DNA of 64,000 nucleotides from an uncultured bacterium (lineage in GTDB: Bacteria > Acidobacteriota > HRBIN11 > JAKEFK01), in NCBI GenBank assembly GCA_963777505.1, contig CAVZQN010000004.1, forward strand, positions 1,536,001 through 1,600,000. The letters are read 5' to 3'. The translations under genes were made by a program, and so were the position numbers. The notes beneath the pieces were generated by a model. That model searched no databases and was not told the origin of the DNA. It saw only the letters and a program-made list of their open reading frames with translations. Within the stretch, counting starts at the first letter, position 1. Each line of letters starts with the position of its first letter. Below, piece after piece: positions 9,587-19,752 of this stretch.

Positions 9587-10023
9587 AGGTGCGCGTTCTG
9601 TGGCCAGGCAAAACAAAGCACAAACATTTTCGGGATGCTGTTGATGATTATTCCAGCCGTATCAAGCATTTCGTCCCATTTGAAATTATCGAAACTAAAG
9701 AGCATTCCGCAGTAGATCGGAATCAAAAACGGAGAGTCAGGCTGGAAAGTAAAGCCTTAAAAAATGCCGCAGGCAAAAGCATCGTAGTTCTTGATCCGGG
9801 CGGAAAACAGCTCACCTCCGAGGATTTTGCATTCTGGATCGAAAAACAGAATAAAGACGTTGATTTTATTGTCGGAGGACCTGCCGGGTTAGACATTGAA
9901 AATGCAACCCTAAAGTTGAGTCTTTCAAAATGGACCATCCCCCATGATTTAGTCCGTGTTGTGCTCCTGGAGCAGATTTACAGGGCATTTACCATCCTGA
10001 AAAACATCCCTTACCACAAATAA
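9583..10023 (+). CDS. rlmH: 23S rRNA (pseudouridine1915-N3)-methyltransferase
   Basis: FIVGGPAG, LSLSKWTIPH, LLEQIYRAFTI...PYHK. Confidence 0.95.
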   Translation: MKVRVLWPGKTKHKHFRDAVDDYSSRIKHFVPFEIIETKEHSAVDRNQKRRVRLESKALKNAAGKSIVVLDPGGKQLTSEDFAFWIEKQNKDVDFIVGGPAGLDIENATLKLSLSKWTIPHDLVRVVLLEQIYRAFTILKNIPYHK

Positions 10024-10142
10024 ATCAATAAATTAGCAATTCCTAAACTTTGTCCTATATTTTGAAAGTTGTCTTTTAATATGAATTTGACTATCATTTG
10101 TCATTCATTTTTTGGTAATTCCGAACTTGAGGGAGATTTTAG

Positions 10143-10502
10143 ATGGATAAGAGACATCTCGAAAAATACCGCAAAAGATTAGATGAAAAGCGGCAGGAAA
10201 TCGTAAGGGATTTCCAGAAGAATGTGAACTATAGAAAAGAATCAGTTGCGGATGATGGCACACAGGACATTGCGGATAAAGCCAACATGGCCTACAACAA
10301 AGAATTTATCTTCAGCCTGACTGACGCTGAGCGCGACTTATTGTCGTTGATTGAAGACGCTATCAAGCGGGTTGAAGATGGGGAGTTCGGAGTATGCTCA
10401 TCCTGCGAAAGTGACATAAAGACTACAAGGCTTGAAGCCGTACCCTGGGCTAAATATTGCTTGAATTGCCAGGAGTTGCAGGAACAGGGCTTATTGGATT
10501 AA
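10143..10502 (+). CDS. dksA: DksA/TraR C4-type zinc finger protein
   Basis: DIADKA coiled-coil tip motif, CSSC...RLEAVPWAKYCLNCQE. Confidence 0.85.
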   Translation: MDKRHLEKYRKRLDEKRQEIVRDFQKNVNYRKESVADDGTQDIADKANMAYNKEFIFSLTDAERDLLSLIEDAIKRVEDGEFGVCSSCESDIKTTRLEAVPWAKYCLNCQELQEQGLLD

Positions 10503-10513
10503 ATTATGTATGA

Positions 10514-11870
10514 ATGAGTGGGAGACTGGGGCTGGCGATTGCGTCACTGCTCATTCTTATTTTCTTCTTAATTCTCGCGGGGCTCGATCAGCGTACACAC
10601 CTTTTTGACCTTCGCTTTCTTCAAGTTGAAACTTCGCTTTACTTTGTTTCAATCATTGTTTTGGGTTTAGGCGCATTTTTGATGTTTCTATTTGTTTCTG
10701 CGCTTTCTCCATTCCGTTCACGTAAATCTTTTGAAAATCAGCAGATAGCTCTTAAAAAATATTCAACATCAGATGTGATCCGTTCTGCTGAAATTGCATT
10801 GCTTGCCGGCGATACGGAGCGTGCTGCCAATTTACTATCGCAAGTTGCACCTGAGCATCCAGAGATGTGGCTTGCAAAAAAGTTATCGGGTGATCTGGCA
10901 GTAATGACAGGCGAGTCGATGAAGGCGGAACAGTTGTATCAACTGAGTATCGGCGAAGCATCCGGTGAAAATCAGGTACCCGCTCTTCTTTCATTGGCAG
11001 GAATTTGTTTGGCTGAGGAACGGCTTGATGAAGCAGATGATTTGTACAAACGGATCCATCGGATTCTACCCGGTGCAATCGAACCGCTTTTAAGATTGCG
11101 AGGCATCGCCGTTCAAAGCGAAAAATGGAATGAAGCTTTGGGATGGCAGGAAATTCTGGAACGCGAATTTCGAAAAGATGGAGAGGAAGCCTCCGAGCAG
11201 TTAATAGAAGGTGCAGGGATTCGATGCGAGCTCGCCCGCGCGGAATTAGAAAATGGTTCAGCAAAGAACGCTTCTGCATTGATAAAACATGTTTGCAGAA
11301 TGACTGAGAATTATCCGGCTGCTTATCTTATAAACGGCGAAATACAAAAACAGATTTCGGGTCCTTCTTCAGCATATCGTATTTGGGATCGCGGTTTTCA
11401 AAAGACATTCAATCCTGCGCTTTTGCTCTGCATTGGAGATTTTTTTCTGGATAGTGGTCTGCCGGAACGTGCGATCGAATACTTTCAGTCGGCCGTGCGA
11501 ATGAAACCAGATCCTGCACTTCAATTTTGTTTGGCGGATCTCCATTCACGCCTTGAAATGAATAATGAAGCAATCAAGTTGTTTGAGAATCTGGTTCAAA
11601 GCTATCCTTCATGGCCGTTGCCGTCTAAAAGCCTTGCGAGTTTGTATCGTAAAACGGGCAAGACCGCGGAAGCGGCATGCTTTATATGCGAAGCTCATGG
11701 ATAAAGTGGATATAATACTACAATGGCAGTGTTACAATTGTAGTATGTCCTATTCCATTTATAGCGGCTATTGCAAGGAATGCGGGCAGTGGAATACAAT
11801 TCAGTTTAATCAAGAACAGGCGGGGTTCGGAGTTAAAGATGAACAGAACCACGCCGTTATCCGTTATTAG
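10514..11870 (+). CDS. LapB-like TPR protein with N-terminal TM segments and C-terminal rubredoxin-like domain (+1 frameshift near 11678)
   Basis: ORF 10514..11704 holds TM segments and TPRs. The overlapping +1 frame ends in WQCYNC...YCKECGQWNTI, the LapB/YciM metal-binding tail. Confidence 0.75.
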
Positions 11871-12597
11871 GCAATTCTCGCTTCCACTGAATCAACTTCG
11901 CAAATCATTTTTGGCGCTTCTATTTCCATGGTCCTGCCCAGGATGCAATACACTGCTCGTATATCCGCGCGTCTTATGTGAAGCCTGTGAGCTGCTGCTG
12001 CCAAGAATCCATGCGCCTTTCTGCAAACGATGTGGATCGCCTTTTCCGGAGTATTGGCGAGTAAAAATCTGCGCGGAATGTAAACTTCAAAAACCAATAG
12101 TGACTGCGATCAGGTCCGCATTTCATTATGAAGAGCTGGCTGCTCAAATGATTAAGGAAGCAAAATATATGAGAAAGGGGCGTTATCTTCGCTACTTTGC
12201 AGAAATGCTTTTTGTTCTGGCGCGGACTGAATTTCCTGCTTCGATTAAAGCGGTAGTGCCCGTACCGTTGCATCGAAGCAAGCAATGGAATCGGACCTTT
12301 AATCAAGCTGAAATTCTTGCTCGTGGAATTGCGGACTTATGGGGTATTCCCGTTTGGAATGTTTTGAGGAAAAGTAAAATCACGTTGCCTCAAAGTTCTC
12401 TGTCAGGAACTGTCAGGCGGTTGAATTTGCAAAATACATTTCAATTCCGAACGAACAACAAGAGATATAACTCCGTCTTGCTTGTTGATGATGTGATCAC
12501 GACAGGGAGTACACTTCGTGAATGTTCCCGAATTCTCAAACGAAATGGTGTCAGGCGAGTCTTTGGTGTCACAATTGCTCGGGCCGAACTGCGCTGA
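11839..12597 (+). CDS. comF: ComF family amidophosphoribosyltransferase-like protein
   Basis: N-terminal double zinc ribbon, VPVPLH, FNQAEILA, VLLVDDVITTGST. Confidence 0.9.
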   Translation: MNRTTPLSVIRQFSLPLNQLRKSFLALLFPWSCPGCNTLLVYPRVLCEACELLLPRIHAPFCKRCGSPFPEYWRVKICAECKLQKPIVTAIRSAFHYEELAAQMIKEAKYMRKGRYLRYFAEMLFVLARTEFPASIKAVVPVPLHRSKQWNRTFNQAEILARGIADLWGIPVWNVLRKSKITLPQSSLSGTVRRLNLQNTFQFRTNNKRYNSVLLVDDVITTGSTLRECSRILKRNGVRRVFGVTIARAELR

Positions 12598-12644
12598 CTC
12601 TCACCCTTTATGGTTCAATTTAGCTGTGGTAACGTAAGCGATTC

Positions 12645-13604
12645 ATGAATTGGAGCAAGAGCTATGTTTTGAAAAAAATTGCAGAAATGCGGATGGAAGA
12701 ATTCATCGCATATCTTTTTTTCATCCCATGTCTTGCAATTACAATGCGTGCGAACTTTCACTTTTGGCTGGAAGGTTTTGGTCACGGTAGGAGAATCGTA
12801 AGCGGTCTCTGGAGAATTGCAATTGTCGCGCTGCTGATGCCTCTGATTCCATATCTGGCTCGAAAAGCGACTGGCTCACGATTTTTTACGATTGTCAGAA
12901 ATTCGCTTCCCTTTTTGATCGCCATTGCAATCTATACAAACCTGCATGACACAATTCACTTTGTGAATCCGAATGATGTTGCCGACTGGTTTTTGACAGC
13001 GGATATCTGGTTATTTGGAGTTGAACCAACGATCTGGGCTCAGAAATTTTATAAACCCTGGCTCACCGAATTGCTTTCGTTTTTCTATGCCGTTTATCTA
13101 CCTTTGACCATCCTGCTTCCATTAGTGTTGTATATCAAGAAGCAAGATTTACAGGCAAGACAAACTCTAGTTGGAATTGTTTTGTGTTTTTATTGGGGTT
13201 ATGTTCTTTACATTCTGTTTCCGACGGTGCCGCCGCGATTATGGATTGCTGATCAATACACATTGAATCTGGAAGGCGGGCTCCTTCATTCAACGCAACG
13301 AGCGATGGTTTCCATAACTCCGTCAAGCTCTCGTGCCGCCTTTCCTTCACTGCATGCAGGCATTACTTTGCTTTCTTTGCTGTATTCCTGGCGTTTTATC
13401 AGGAAACTTTTTTGGTTCTTATTACCGCTTGCGATTGGGCTTCATGTTGCGACAATTTATTTGCGGCATCATTACATTGTCGATTGGTTTGCGGGGTGGG
13501 GTCTGGGAATTTTGTCCTACAAATATTCGCCAGCATGGGATCGCGCTTGGGAGAAATTCCGAAAAACTCTAAGATCACGAATGGAAACTGGCGTGTTATC
13601 ATAA
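12645..13604 (+). CDS. PAP2-superfamily membrane protein, Aur1/inositol-phosphorylceramide-synthase-like
   Basis: Multi-TM protein with FPTVPPR, AFPSLHAG and YLRHHYIVD motifs. Confidence 0.8.
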   Translation: MNWSKSYVLKKIAEMRMEEFIAYLFFIPCLAITMRANFHFWLEGFGHGRRIVSGLWRIAIVALLMPLIPYLARKATGSRFFTIVRNSLPFLIAIAIYTNLHDTIHFVNPNDVADWFLTADIWLFGVEPTIWAQKFYKPWLTELLSFFYAVYLPLTILLPLVLYIKKQDLQARQTLVGIVLCFYWGYVLYILFPTVPPRLWIADQYTLNLEGGLLHSTQRAMVSITPSSSRAAFPSLHAGITLLSLLYSWRFIRKLFWFLLPLAIGLHVATIYLRHHYIVDWFAGWGLGILSYKYSPAWDRAWEKFRKTLRSRMETGVLS

Positions 13605-13608
13605 GCGA

Positions 13609-14724
13609 ATGCTGAAGCATCTATTAGTTCTGATGCTTTCGTTTTATCCGTTATTTTTGGAGGCACTTGAGACCCTCATTGTTCCTCGATCGGATCTGCC
13701 GCTAAAGAAAAGCTACATTTTTTCTGACCCATCTCGCAGCGAATTGATTCTCTTTTACGAAAAATTAACCAAACCATCATCCACTTTAATCGTCGAAAGG
13801 AGACGCGTTGGGGATCGTACGGTTATTGCAAAGTTTTCTTTGCGCTTGGAGCCCGGTCAAACAACACGTCTGGCTGACTATGTTCCAGGAAATTCGGTTA
13901 TTCTGGCCCTGGTTCAACATAATAAGTCTCAAGCCCTATTCACTCTATCAATTAATGTTTTAAGCCGAGGAGTGATTCGTTCATCATTGTTCACGATTGA
14001 AGAGGCAAGGAGGGCTGATCGTTCGCTGCGCCGCTTGTCGGTGGCAGGGATGATCTGGGACAAACGGGCAAGTAAGGAATCCCTCGTAATTAATGCATCG
14101 GCAGAAGAAAACACCGTTGCATTTCTTGCATCAATCGATGCTTCAGGACGGCGTATTGGAACCCCATCTCCGCTTAACAAAAGGCAGAAACATACTGACC
14201 TTGCAGTGAATAGCTGTGCGTCCACAATGGCATCCACAACAGAGACATCGATTCGCATCCTAAATGGAAATCGCGCTCGTAGTCTGATTACGCCTGAAGA
14301 AATATCATTCGATCCAGAATTATGTAGATACGCGGTGATCCGGCGTCCTTTTGACGAAATTCCCGAAATCTACTTTCTGGATGCTTCACTGAACACACAA
14401 GACTTTTTTACTCTTCCCGGTGCCGTGGCTCAAGGATTAATTGAGGAGTCACGAAATCAGCTGATTTATTCCCCGGAACGCAATAGCTTTTTCTATCCGA
14501 CAGCGGATGACCATGCAAAAATCTCACTGAGTGAAATTACTCAGAATGGAGTTAAGTTCGACGTCATTTCTACATCAATTGATTCGTCCAGCGTTTCCAT
14601 TACGACCGTTGGTGATCAGGTATTTCTACTGATTTCCGGATTAAGAGTTCGAACATTTGAACGGATTCATCAACTGATCCTTATTTCGGTGCCCCCTCCG
14701 ACGGGCACTGGTCCAATTCAATGA
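13609..14724 (+). CDS. Hypothetical secreted protein (beta-rich)
   Basis: 371-aa ORF with a signal-peptide-like N-terminus. No recognised motif. Confidence 0.55.
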   Translation: MLKHLLVLMLSFYPLFLEALETLIVPRSDLPLKKSYIFSDPSRSELILFYEKLTKPSSTLIVERRRVGDRTVIAKFSLRLEPGQTTRLADYVPGNSVILALVQHNKSQALFTLSINVLSRGVIRSSLFTIEEARRADRSLRRLSVAGMIWDKRASKESLVINASAEENTVAFLASIDASGRRIGTPSPLNKRQKHTDLAVNSCASTMASTTETSIRILNGNRARSLITPEEISFDPELCRYAVIRRPFDEIPEIYFLDASLNTQDFFTLPGAVAQGLIEESRNQLIYSPERNSFFYPTADDHAKISLSEITQNGVKFDVISTSIDSSSVSITTVGDQVFLLISGLRVRTFERIHQLILISVPPPTGTGPIQ

Positions 14725-14769
14725 GGTGTGATGACGAAAAATAATTGTGATAACATTAAAAACCAGCGG

Positions 14770-14845
14770 GCGGGCATAACTCAGTTGGTAGAGTGCAAGC
14801 TTCCCAAGCTTGATGTCGCGGGTTCGAACCCCGTTGCCCGCTCCA
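14770..14845 (+). tRNA. tRNA-Gly (CCC)
   Basis: Full cloverleaf: GCGGGCA/TGCCCGC acceptor, CAAGC-TT CCC AA-GCTTG anticodon arm, GGTTCGAACC, encoded CCA. Confidence 0.97.
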
Positions 14846-14864
14846 GAAACCTAATTACTGAGGG

Positions 14865-15447
14865 ATGGCTAATATGAAATTTTTTGACAACAAAAAAGAC
14901 AACAATGTGCCTCAACCCGAAACGCCTGCGCCTCCAGCTCCAGCTCCGGTACAGCAGCAGCAACCAAGACCTGCGGAGACAAGAGTAGCTCCTCCGGCTC
15001 CTGCTCCTGTCTCCTTCTCAAGCTCCAGCTCAGGTACCTTCACCTGCACCGGTTATGCAAAAACGCGGAAGCAGTACGATAATCGGAACCCTAATCACGA
15101 TTCGCGGTGACATCTCAGCTGAAGAAACCGTCACTATCGAAGGCTCCGTGGATGGGACCATAGAAACAACTCAGAACGTTATTGTAGCTCCTGAAGGCAG
15201 AGTTCGTGCTGATATCCGCGCATCAGTCGTTACAATTTCAGGCCGCGTAAAAGGGGATGTCTATGCGACTCACAAAGTTGACTTAACAGCTTCCGGACAA
15301 CTTGAGGGAAATATTCACGCTCCAAAACTTGCGATCGCTGAATCCGCGATGTTTAGAGGAAGCATCGATATGAGCCCACCGTCACCATCAAATCAGCCGA
15401 AAGGTGAAAGAAAGCTTCAACCTGAAGGTGAGCTGGTAAAGAACTAA
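14865..15447 (+). CDS. Bactofilin (polymer-forming cytoskeletal protein) with Pro-rich N-terminal tail (+1 frameshift near 15020-15040)
   Basis: 15055..15447 reads TIIGTLITIRGDISAEETVTIEGSVDGTI...IAESAMFRGSIDM. 14865..15110 supplies a short N-terminal peptide (MKFFD) and a Pro-rich linker. Confidence 0.85.
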
Positions 15448-15462
15448 ATCGTTGTAAATAAG

Positions 15463-16955
15463 ATGAGCGTTCCTCGTTTCCGGAATCTGATTCGTGGAGA
15501 ATGGGTAGATTCCGTCTCCGGACGCACATTTTCTGACATCAATCCTGCCGATACGACGAGAAGTGTGCGGAGACTTTGCCGACAGCTCTCCTGAGGATTC
15601 ATTGGCAGCCGTTGATGCCGCACGTTCCGCATTTCAAAGTTGGCGTTTAACTCCTGCACCACGCCGTGCTGAAATCCTGTACCGCGCAGCTGAAATGATT
15701 GTTCGGCAAAAGGATGATCTTGCGCGTGATATGACGCGTGAAATGGGAAAAGTTTTCAAAGAAGCGGCCGGGGATGTTCAGGAAGCCATCGATATGACCT
15801 ATTACATTGCAGGTGAGGGACGCAGACTCCATGGTCATACAACGCCATCAGAGCTTCCGAACAAATATATGATGTCCCAGCGGGTACCGATTGGTGTGGC
15901 TGCAATGATTACACCCTGGAATTTTCCGATGGCGATTCCATCCTGGAAGATTGTGCCTGCTCTTGTCGCTGGAAATACAGTTGTTCTTAGACCTTCCCCC
16001 GAAGCTCCATTATCAGCCCATCATTTCGTTCGGATTCTCCATGAAGCAGGTATTCCACCCGGCGTCATCAATCTTGTAACTTCTTCTGGAAAAGAAGCTG
16101 CCGAGACGCTTGTTTCTCATCCGGATGTTCCAATCGTTTCATTTACCGGCAGCACACGTACCGGACAAATCATTAATGAGATGGCTGCACCAAAGTTTAA
16201 ACGGATTTCGCTTGAGATGGGCGGCAAAAATGCAATTCTCATTATGGATGATGCCGACCTGGATCTTGCAGCCGATGGCGCTCTTTGGGGCGGCTTTGGA
16301 ACTACAGGACAGCGTTGCACTGCAGCAAGCCGTTTGATAGTTCATGAAAGTATTCATGACTCTTTCCTGGAACGTTTTTTGCCGCGTGTAAAAGCGCTGC
16401 GTGTCGGAAATGGATTGGAGCCCAATGTCGATATGGGTCCTTGCATTAATGAAATACAGCTAAAAAAAGTTGAATCTTACGTTCAAACCGGGCGCGACGA
16501 AGGAGCGAAGCTGCTATGCGGTGGTGAACGCTTGAAGGGACAAACCTATGATCATGGTTATTTCTATTCCCCAACCGTATTCACCGATGTGACACGTCAA
16601 GATGAAAATTGCAAAGGAAGAAATATTCGGGCCAGTCGTTTCTGTGCTTCGCTGCAAAAATCTGGATGATGCAATTGAAATTTGTAACGGGACTGAATAT
16701 GGACTTTCAAGCTCGATCTATACAGGGAATGTTCATAATGCTTTTCGCGCGATGAGAGATTTGAACACAGGTATCACCTACATCAACGCTCCTACGATCG
16801 GCGCTGAAGTACATCTTCCATTCGGCGGGACCAAGCAGACAGGCAACGGACACCGGGAAGGAGGTCCAACTGTTCTGGATCTATACACCGAATGGAAAAC
16901 AATTTATGTAGATTTCAGCGGCCGCCTTCAAAAAGCACAAATCGACCCTCCTTAA
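15463..16955 (+). CDS. Aldehyde dehydrogenase family protein (two +1 frameshifts, ~15555 and ~16600)
   Basis: ATG 15463 [15 protein letters not shown]...NPAD, then ITPWNFP, FTGST, LEMGGKN and GQRCTA, then EEIFGPV and [11 protein letters not shown] in successive frames. Confidence 0.9.
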
Positions 16956-16957
16956 TC

Positions 16958-16977
16958 CTCTGCGTCTCTGCGGTAAA
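16958..16977 (+). repeat. 9-mer-doublet junction repeat (family A)
   Basis: ctctgcgtctctgcggtaaa, between the ALDH stop and the ligase start. Confidence 0.75.
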
Positions 16978-16985
16978 TTACAAAC

Positions 16986-17783
16986 ATGAATTGGCGATTG
17001 TTGATCCATCAGAATCTATATGGTGCGCGCCAGATGGCAATTGATGAAGCCTTGTACCGTTCCGCAATTGATATTGAACAACCAACACTCAGGCTTTACA
17101 CATGGCTGCAACCAACTTTGTCACTTGGCTATTTTCAAGACTACAAAAGGGTTGTATGCGAGCCTTATATCGTGCATAATAATATACATGTAGTACGACG
17201 ACTTACTGGCGGACGTGCCGTACTACACGATTTGGAGATGACATATGCGGTTGCGGCTCCGCTGGAACGAGGGGTTTTTCAAAACTGCACTTTGCAGGAA
17301 ACATATCAATTGATCGCTAAGGCACTGGACCTTGCATTGCAGAATCTGGGTGTAAAACGTTCTGCTATTTCCATGAAATCAGACGGGGGAAATAATAAAT
17401 CCAAAAAGCCTCAGTGCTTTGTTTCAGTCTCTCGCTATGAGCTGGCAGAAAACGACAAGAAAATTGTGGGCAGCGCACAAAAGCGTTCGCGCGATCGCTT
17501 TCTGCAGCATGGTTCAATTCTTCTGGATTTCAATCGCGAGCTGCAACGTGGCTGCGTGAATGATCCTGATCCGCAAATAGAAGAGAAGATCGCTCCACTT
17601 CGATGGATTCTTGGACGCACACCCGATTTTAATGAAGTCAGAAATCATGTTGTAGCCGGTTTTGAAGAAGTCTTCAACACAAGAATCGACGAGTCGCGCT
17701 TGCAACCAGCTGAAGAACAATTAGTGCGCGAATTGGAATTGAAATATCAAAGCGACGACTGGAATATCCGCGGATGCAAATAA
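16986..17783 (+). CDS. Lipoate-protein ligase / octanoyltransferase (LipM/LplA family)
   Basis: MAIDEAL, TLSLGYFQ, RRLTGGRAVLH, KIVGSAQ, LQHGSI. Confidence 0.9.
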   Translation: MNWRLLIHQNLYGARQMAIDEALYRSAIDIEQPTLRLYTWLQPTLSLGYFQDYKRVVCEPYIVHNNIHVVRRLTGGRAVLHDLEMTYAVAAPLERGVFQNCTLQETYQLIAKALDLALQNLGVKRSAISMKSDGGNNKSKKPQCFVSVSRYELAENDKKIVGSAQKRSRDRFLQHGSILLDFNRELQRGCVNDPDPQIEEKIAPLRWILGRTPDFNEVRNHVVAGFEEVFNTRIDESRLQPAEEQLVRELELKYQSDDWNIRGCK

Positions 17784-19690
17784 AGAATTTTCACGTTATT
17801 AAGAGCCTGGAGCGGAATACATTATCCGAACTATTTCTAGGCCGCCATCTCCATGAAAATTATTTCGTAAAAATCAGGCTCTACGATCAGCTCAGCATTA
17901 CAAACGAAGAAGTTCGTGAAGCCATTCTTCAGCGTTTGCGTAATTCCTATCAAATGCGGCACCGAAATATTCTCGCCACGCTCGATTATGGTGTGGAAGG
18001 CCGATACATGTATCAGATCCAGGAGCACATGGATTACGGCACACTCGAAGATTTGATGGAGAAAACGACTACAATTCCGCCTGAGATTGCTGCGTTTATC
18101 CTTCAAGAAGTTTTGCGTGGTTTACAATACGCGCACAGCATCGGTATTTTTCACGGAATGTTGAATCCTGCCAAAGTACTGTTATCAAACAATGGTGTCG
18201 TTAAGATTGATGATTTTCAGTTCCTTGATCTGAAAAACACGTTCATAAAGCAGGTTCAAACGCGGATTAAACGAAAACAACAAATGTATCTGGCGCCTGA
18301 ACATTTATTAGGAAAGGAAGCGGACCATCGTTGTGATCTTTTTTCTTCTGGCGTCATCACTTACAAAATGCTTTCAGGTCAGCATCCATTTCTGGAAGAA
18401 AGATCAGAGTGGACCACAATGCAGATTACAGCTTGCAATGCAAAACTCCTGTTTGAGCTTGATCCTACTTTGCCGGCTGTTCTTGAAGAGTTAGTCGAAG
18501 GGATGATTGAAAAAGAATTAAGCAAACGTCTTCAGAATGCAGAAGATGCTCTTCACAAACTCGATGGTTATGTGGACCATTTTGGTGATGTCCGTTCGTA
18601 TGAAGTTCTTGCGAATTTCTTGAAGAAACCTGCTCAGTCGGTTGAACAGTTAAATATTCTTCGTTCGGAAGAATACATTCAGCAGGCTGAACAATTTCAG
18701 TTGCAAGAACAATGGGATCGGGCTTTGATCGCCTTATCGCGGGCTCAGTTTTTGAGGCCCAAAGAAAAAACAATTGATGCTGAGATTAAATCGGTTTGCA
18801 CGAGATTAGGCTACAATCAGGGTGATCAGTCCGATCCCAAAATTGTTCAACTCGAACAATCTCTGCGTGCCAATCCGGAAAATATTCAGATTTTGCAGCG
18901 TTTAGCAACACTTGCAAAATCACGCGGTGAATTAATTCAATGTGTAGGTTATTACAAACGGATCTTAAAAATTGCGCCGGGAGATACATTTGCGGCAACT
19001 CAAATCAGACAAATCCTACAAACGCAGGATAAGGATGCGGTTCTGTCGCCAAACGATGCGAAATGGGTTCGCTGGCAGGATTTTTACAGGCGCAAAGAGC
19101 GTCCGATTTGGCAGAATTGGAGCGCATTGCAGGGCAATTTTACACTTGCAGCAATGGTTCTGATGTTTGCTATAACAATCACCGGTCTTCATGTTCTTAA
19201 ACTGATTCCGAAAACATCCATAGCTTCGGCTATGACAATGCAAGTTCCATCGTATTCTTCTCAGGTTGTAGCGAATCAAAAAATTAATGGCATTTGTGAA
19301 CAGGCAATTGCGAATTATAAGCAGGGTGAAATTGAAGAAGCGATCGAAATTCTTTCGAAGACTCCGCTCATTCCAAAAGGGACTGCTGCAGCAAAAGCAA
19401 GATTACTGCTTGCCCGTTATTGGCTTGAATTGGATCATGATGAGGCAGCCATAAAAGCTCTTGAAGCGATCGATCTTCCAAGCGCAGATTTCCCTCAAAA
19501 AATAGCCGCCTACAGAATGAAAGCTGAAGCCTATCGCAGACAAAAGCGATATGGCCATGCTATCGATCAGTACATCAACATAAAAGCTTTGCCTGGACTC
19601 TCAATTTCGATGCGCGAAGAAGCCGATCGAAAGATTGAAGTATTGCAAAATGAAGCCGTGCCAGCTGCCCAATCCGACAGCCTCCCCTAA
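17774..19690 (+). CDS. Ser/Thr kinase-like (probable pseudokinase) with TPRs and one TM helix
   Basis: Kinase fold (YLAPE, DLFSSG) but the catalytic loop is HGMLNP and DFG is replaced by DDF. TPR-like repeats lie on both sides of a TM segment. Confidence 0.8.
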   Translation: MQIKNFHVIKSLERNTLSELFLGRHLHENYFVKIRLYDQLSITNEEVREAILQRLRNSYQMRHRNILATLDYGVEGRYMYQIQEHMDYGTLEDLMEKTTTIPPEIAAFILQEVLRGLQYAHSIGIFHGMLNPAKVLLSNNGVVKIDDFQFLDLKNTFIKQVQTRIKRKQQMYLAPEHLLGKEADHRCDLFSSGVITYKMLSGQHPFLEERSEWTTMQITACNAKLLFELDPTLPAVLEELVEGMIEKELSKRLQNAEDALHKLDGYVDHFGDVRSYEVLANFLKKPAQSVEQLNILRSEEYIQQAEQFQLQEQWDRALIALSRAQFLRPKEKTIDAEIKSVCTRLGYNQGDQSDPKIVQLEQSLRANPENIQILQRLATLAKSRGELIQCVGYYKRILKIAPGDTFAATQIRQILQTQDKDAVLSPNDAKWVRWQDFYRRKERPIWQNWSALQGNFTLAAMVLMFAITITGLHVLKLIPKTSIASAMTMQVPSYSSQVVANQKINGICEQAIANYKQGEIEEAIEILSKTPLIPKGTAAAKARLLLARYWLELDHDEAAIKALEAIDLPSADFPQKIAAYRMKAEAYRRQKRYGHAIDQYINIKALPGLSISMREEADRKIEVLQNEAVPAAQSDSLP

Positions 19691-19694
19691 TTTT

Positions 19695-19715
19695 CTCTGT
19701 GCCTCCGCGGTTAAA
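19695..19715 (+). repeat. 9-mer-doublet junction repeat (family A)
   Basis: ctctgtgcctccgcggttaaa, just after the kinase stop. Confidence 0.7.
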
Positions 19716-19752
19716 ATGTAATAAGATACCCACTTTACTTTTAGGAGGGCCA

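Noticed and set aside
19691-19752. SAM riboswitch or T-box upstream of the Cys/Met enzyme
   Set aside because: The gap is only ~60 bp, partly taken up by a family-A repeat, and has no aptamer motifs.
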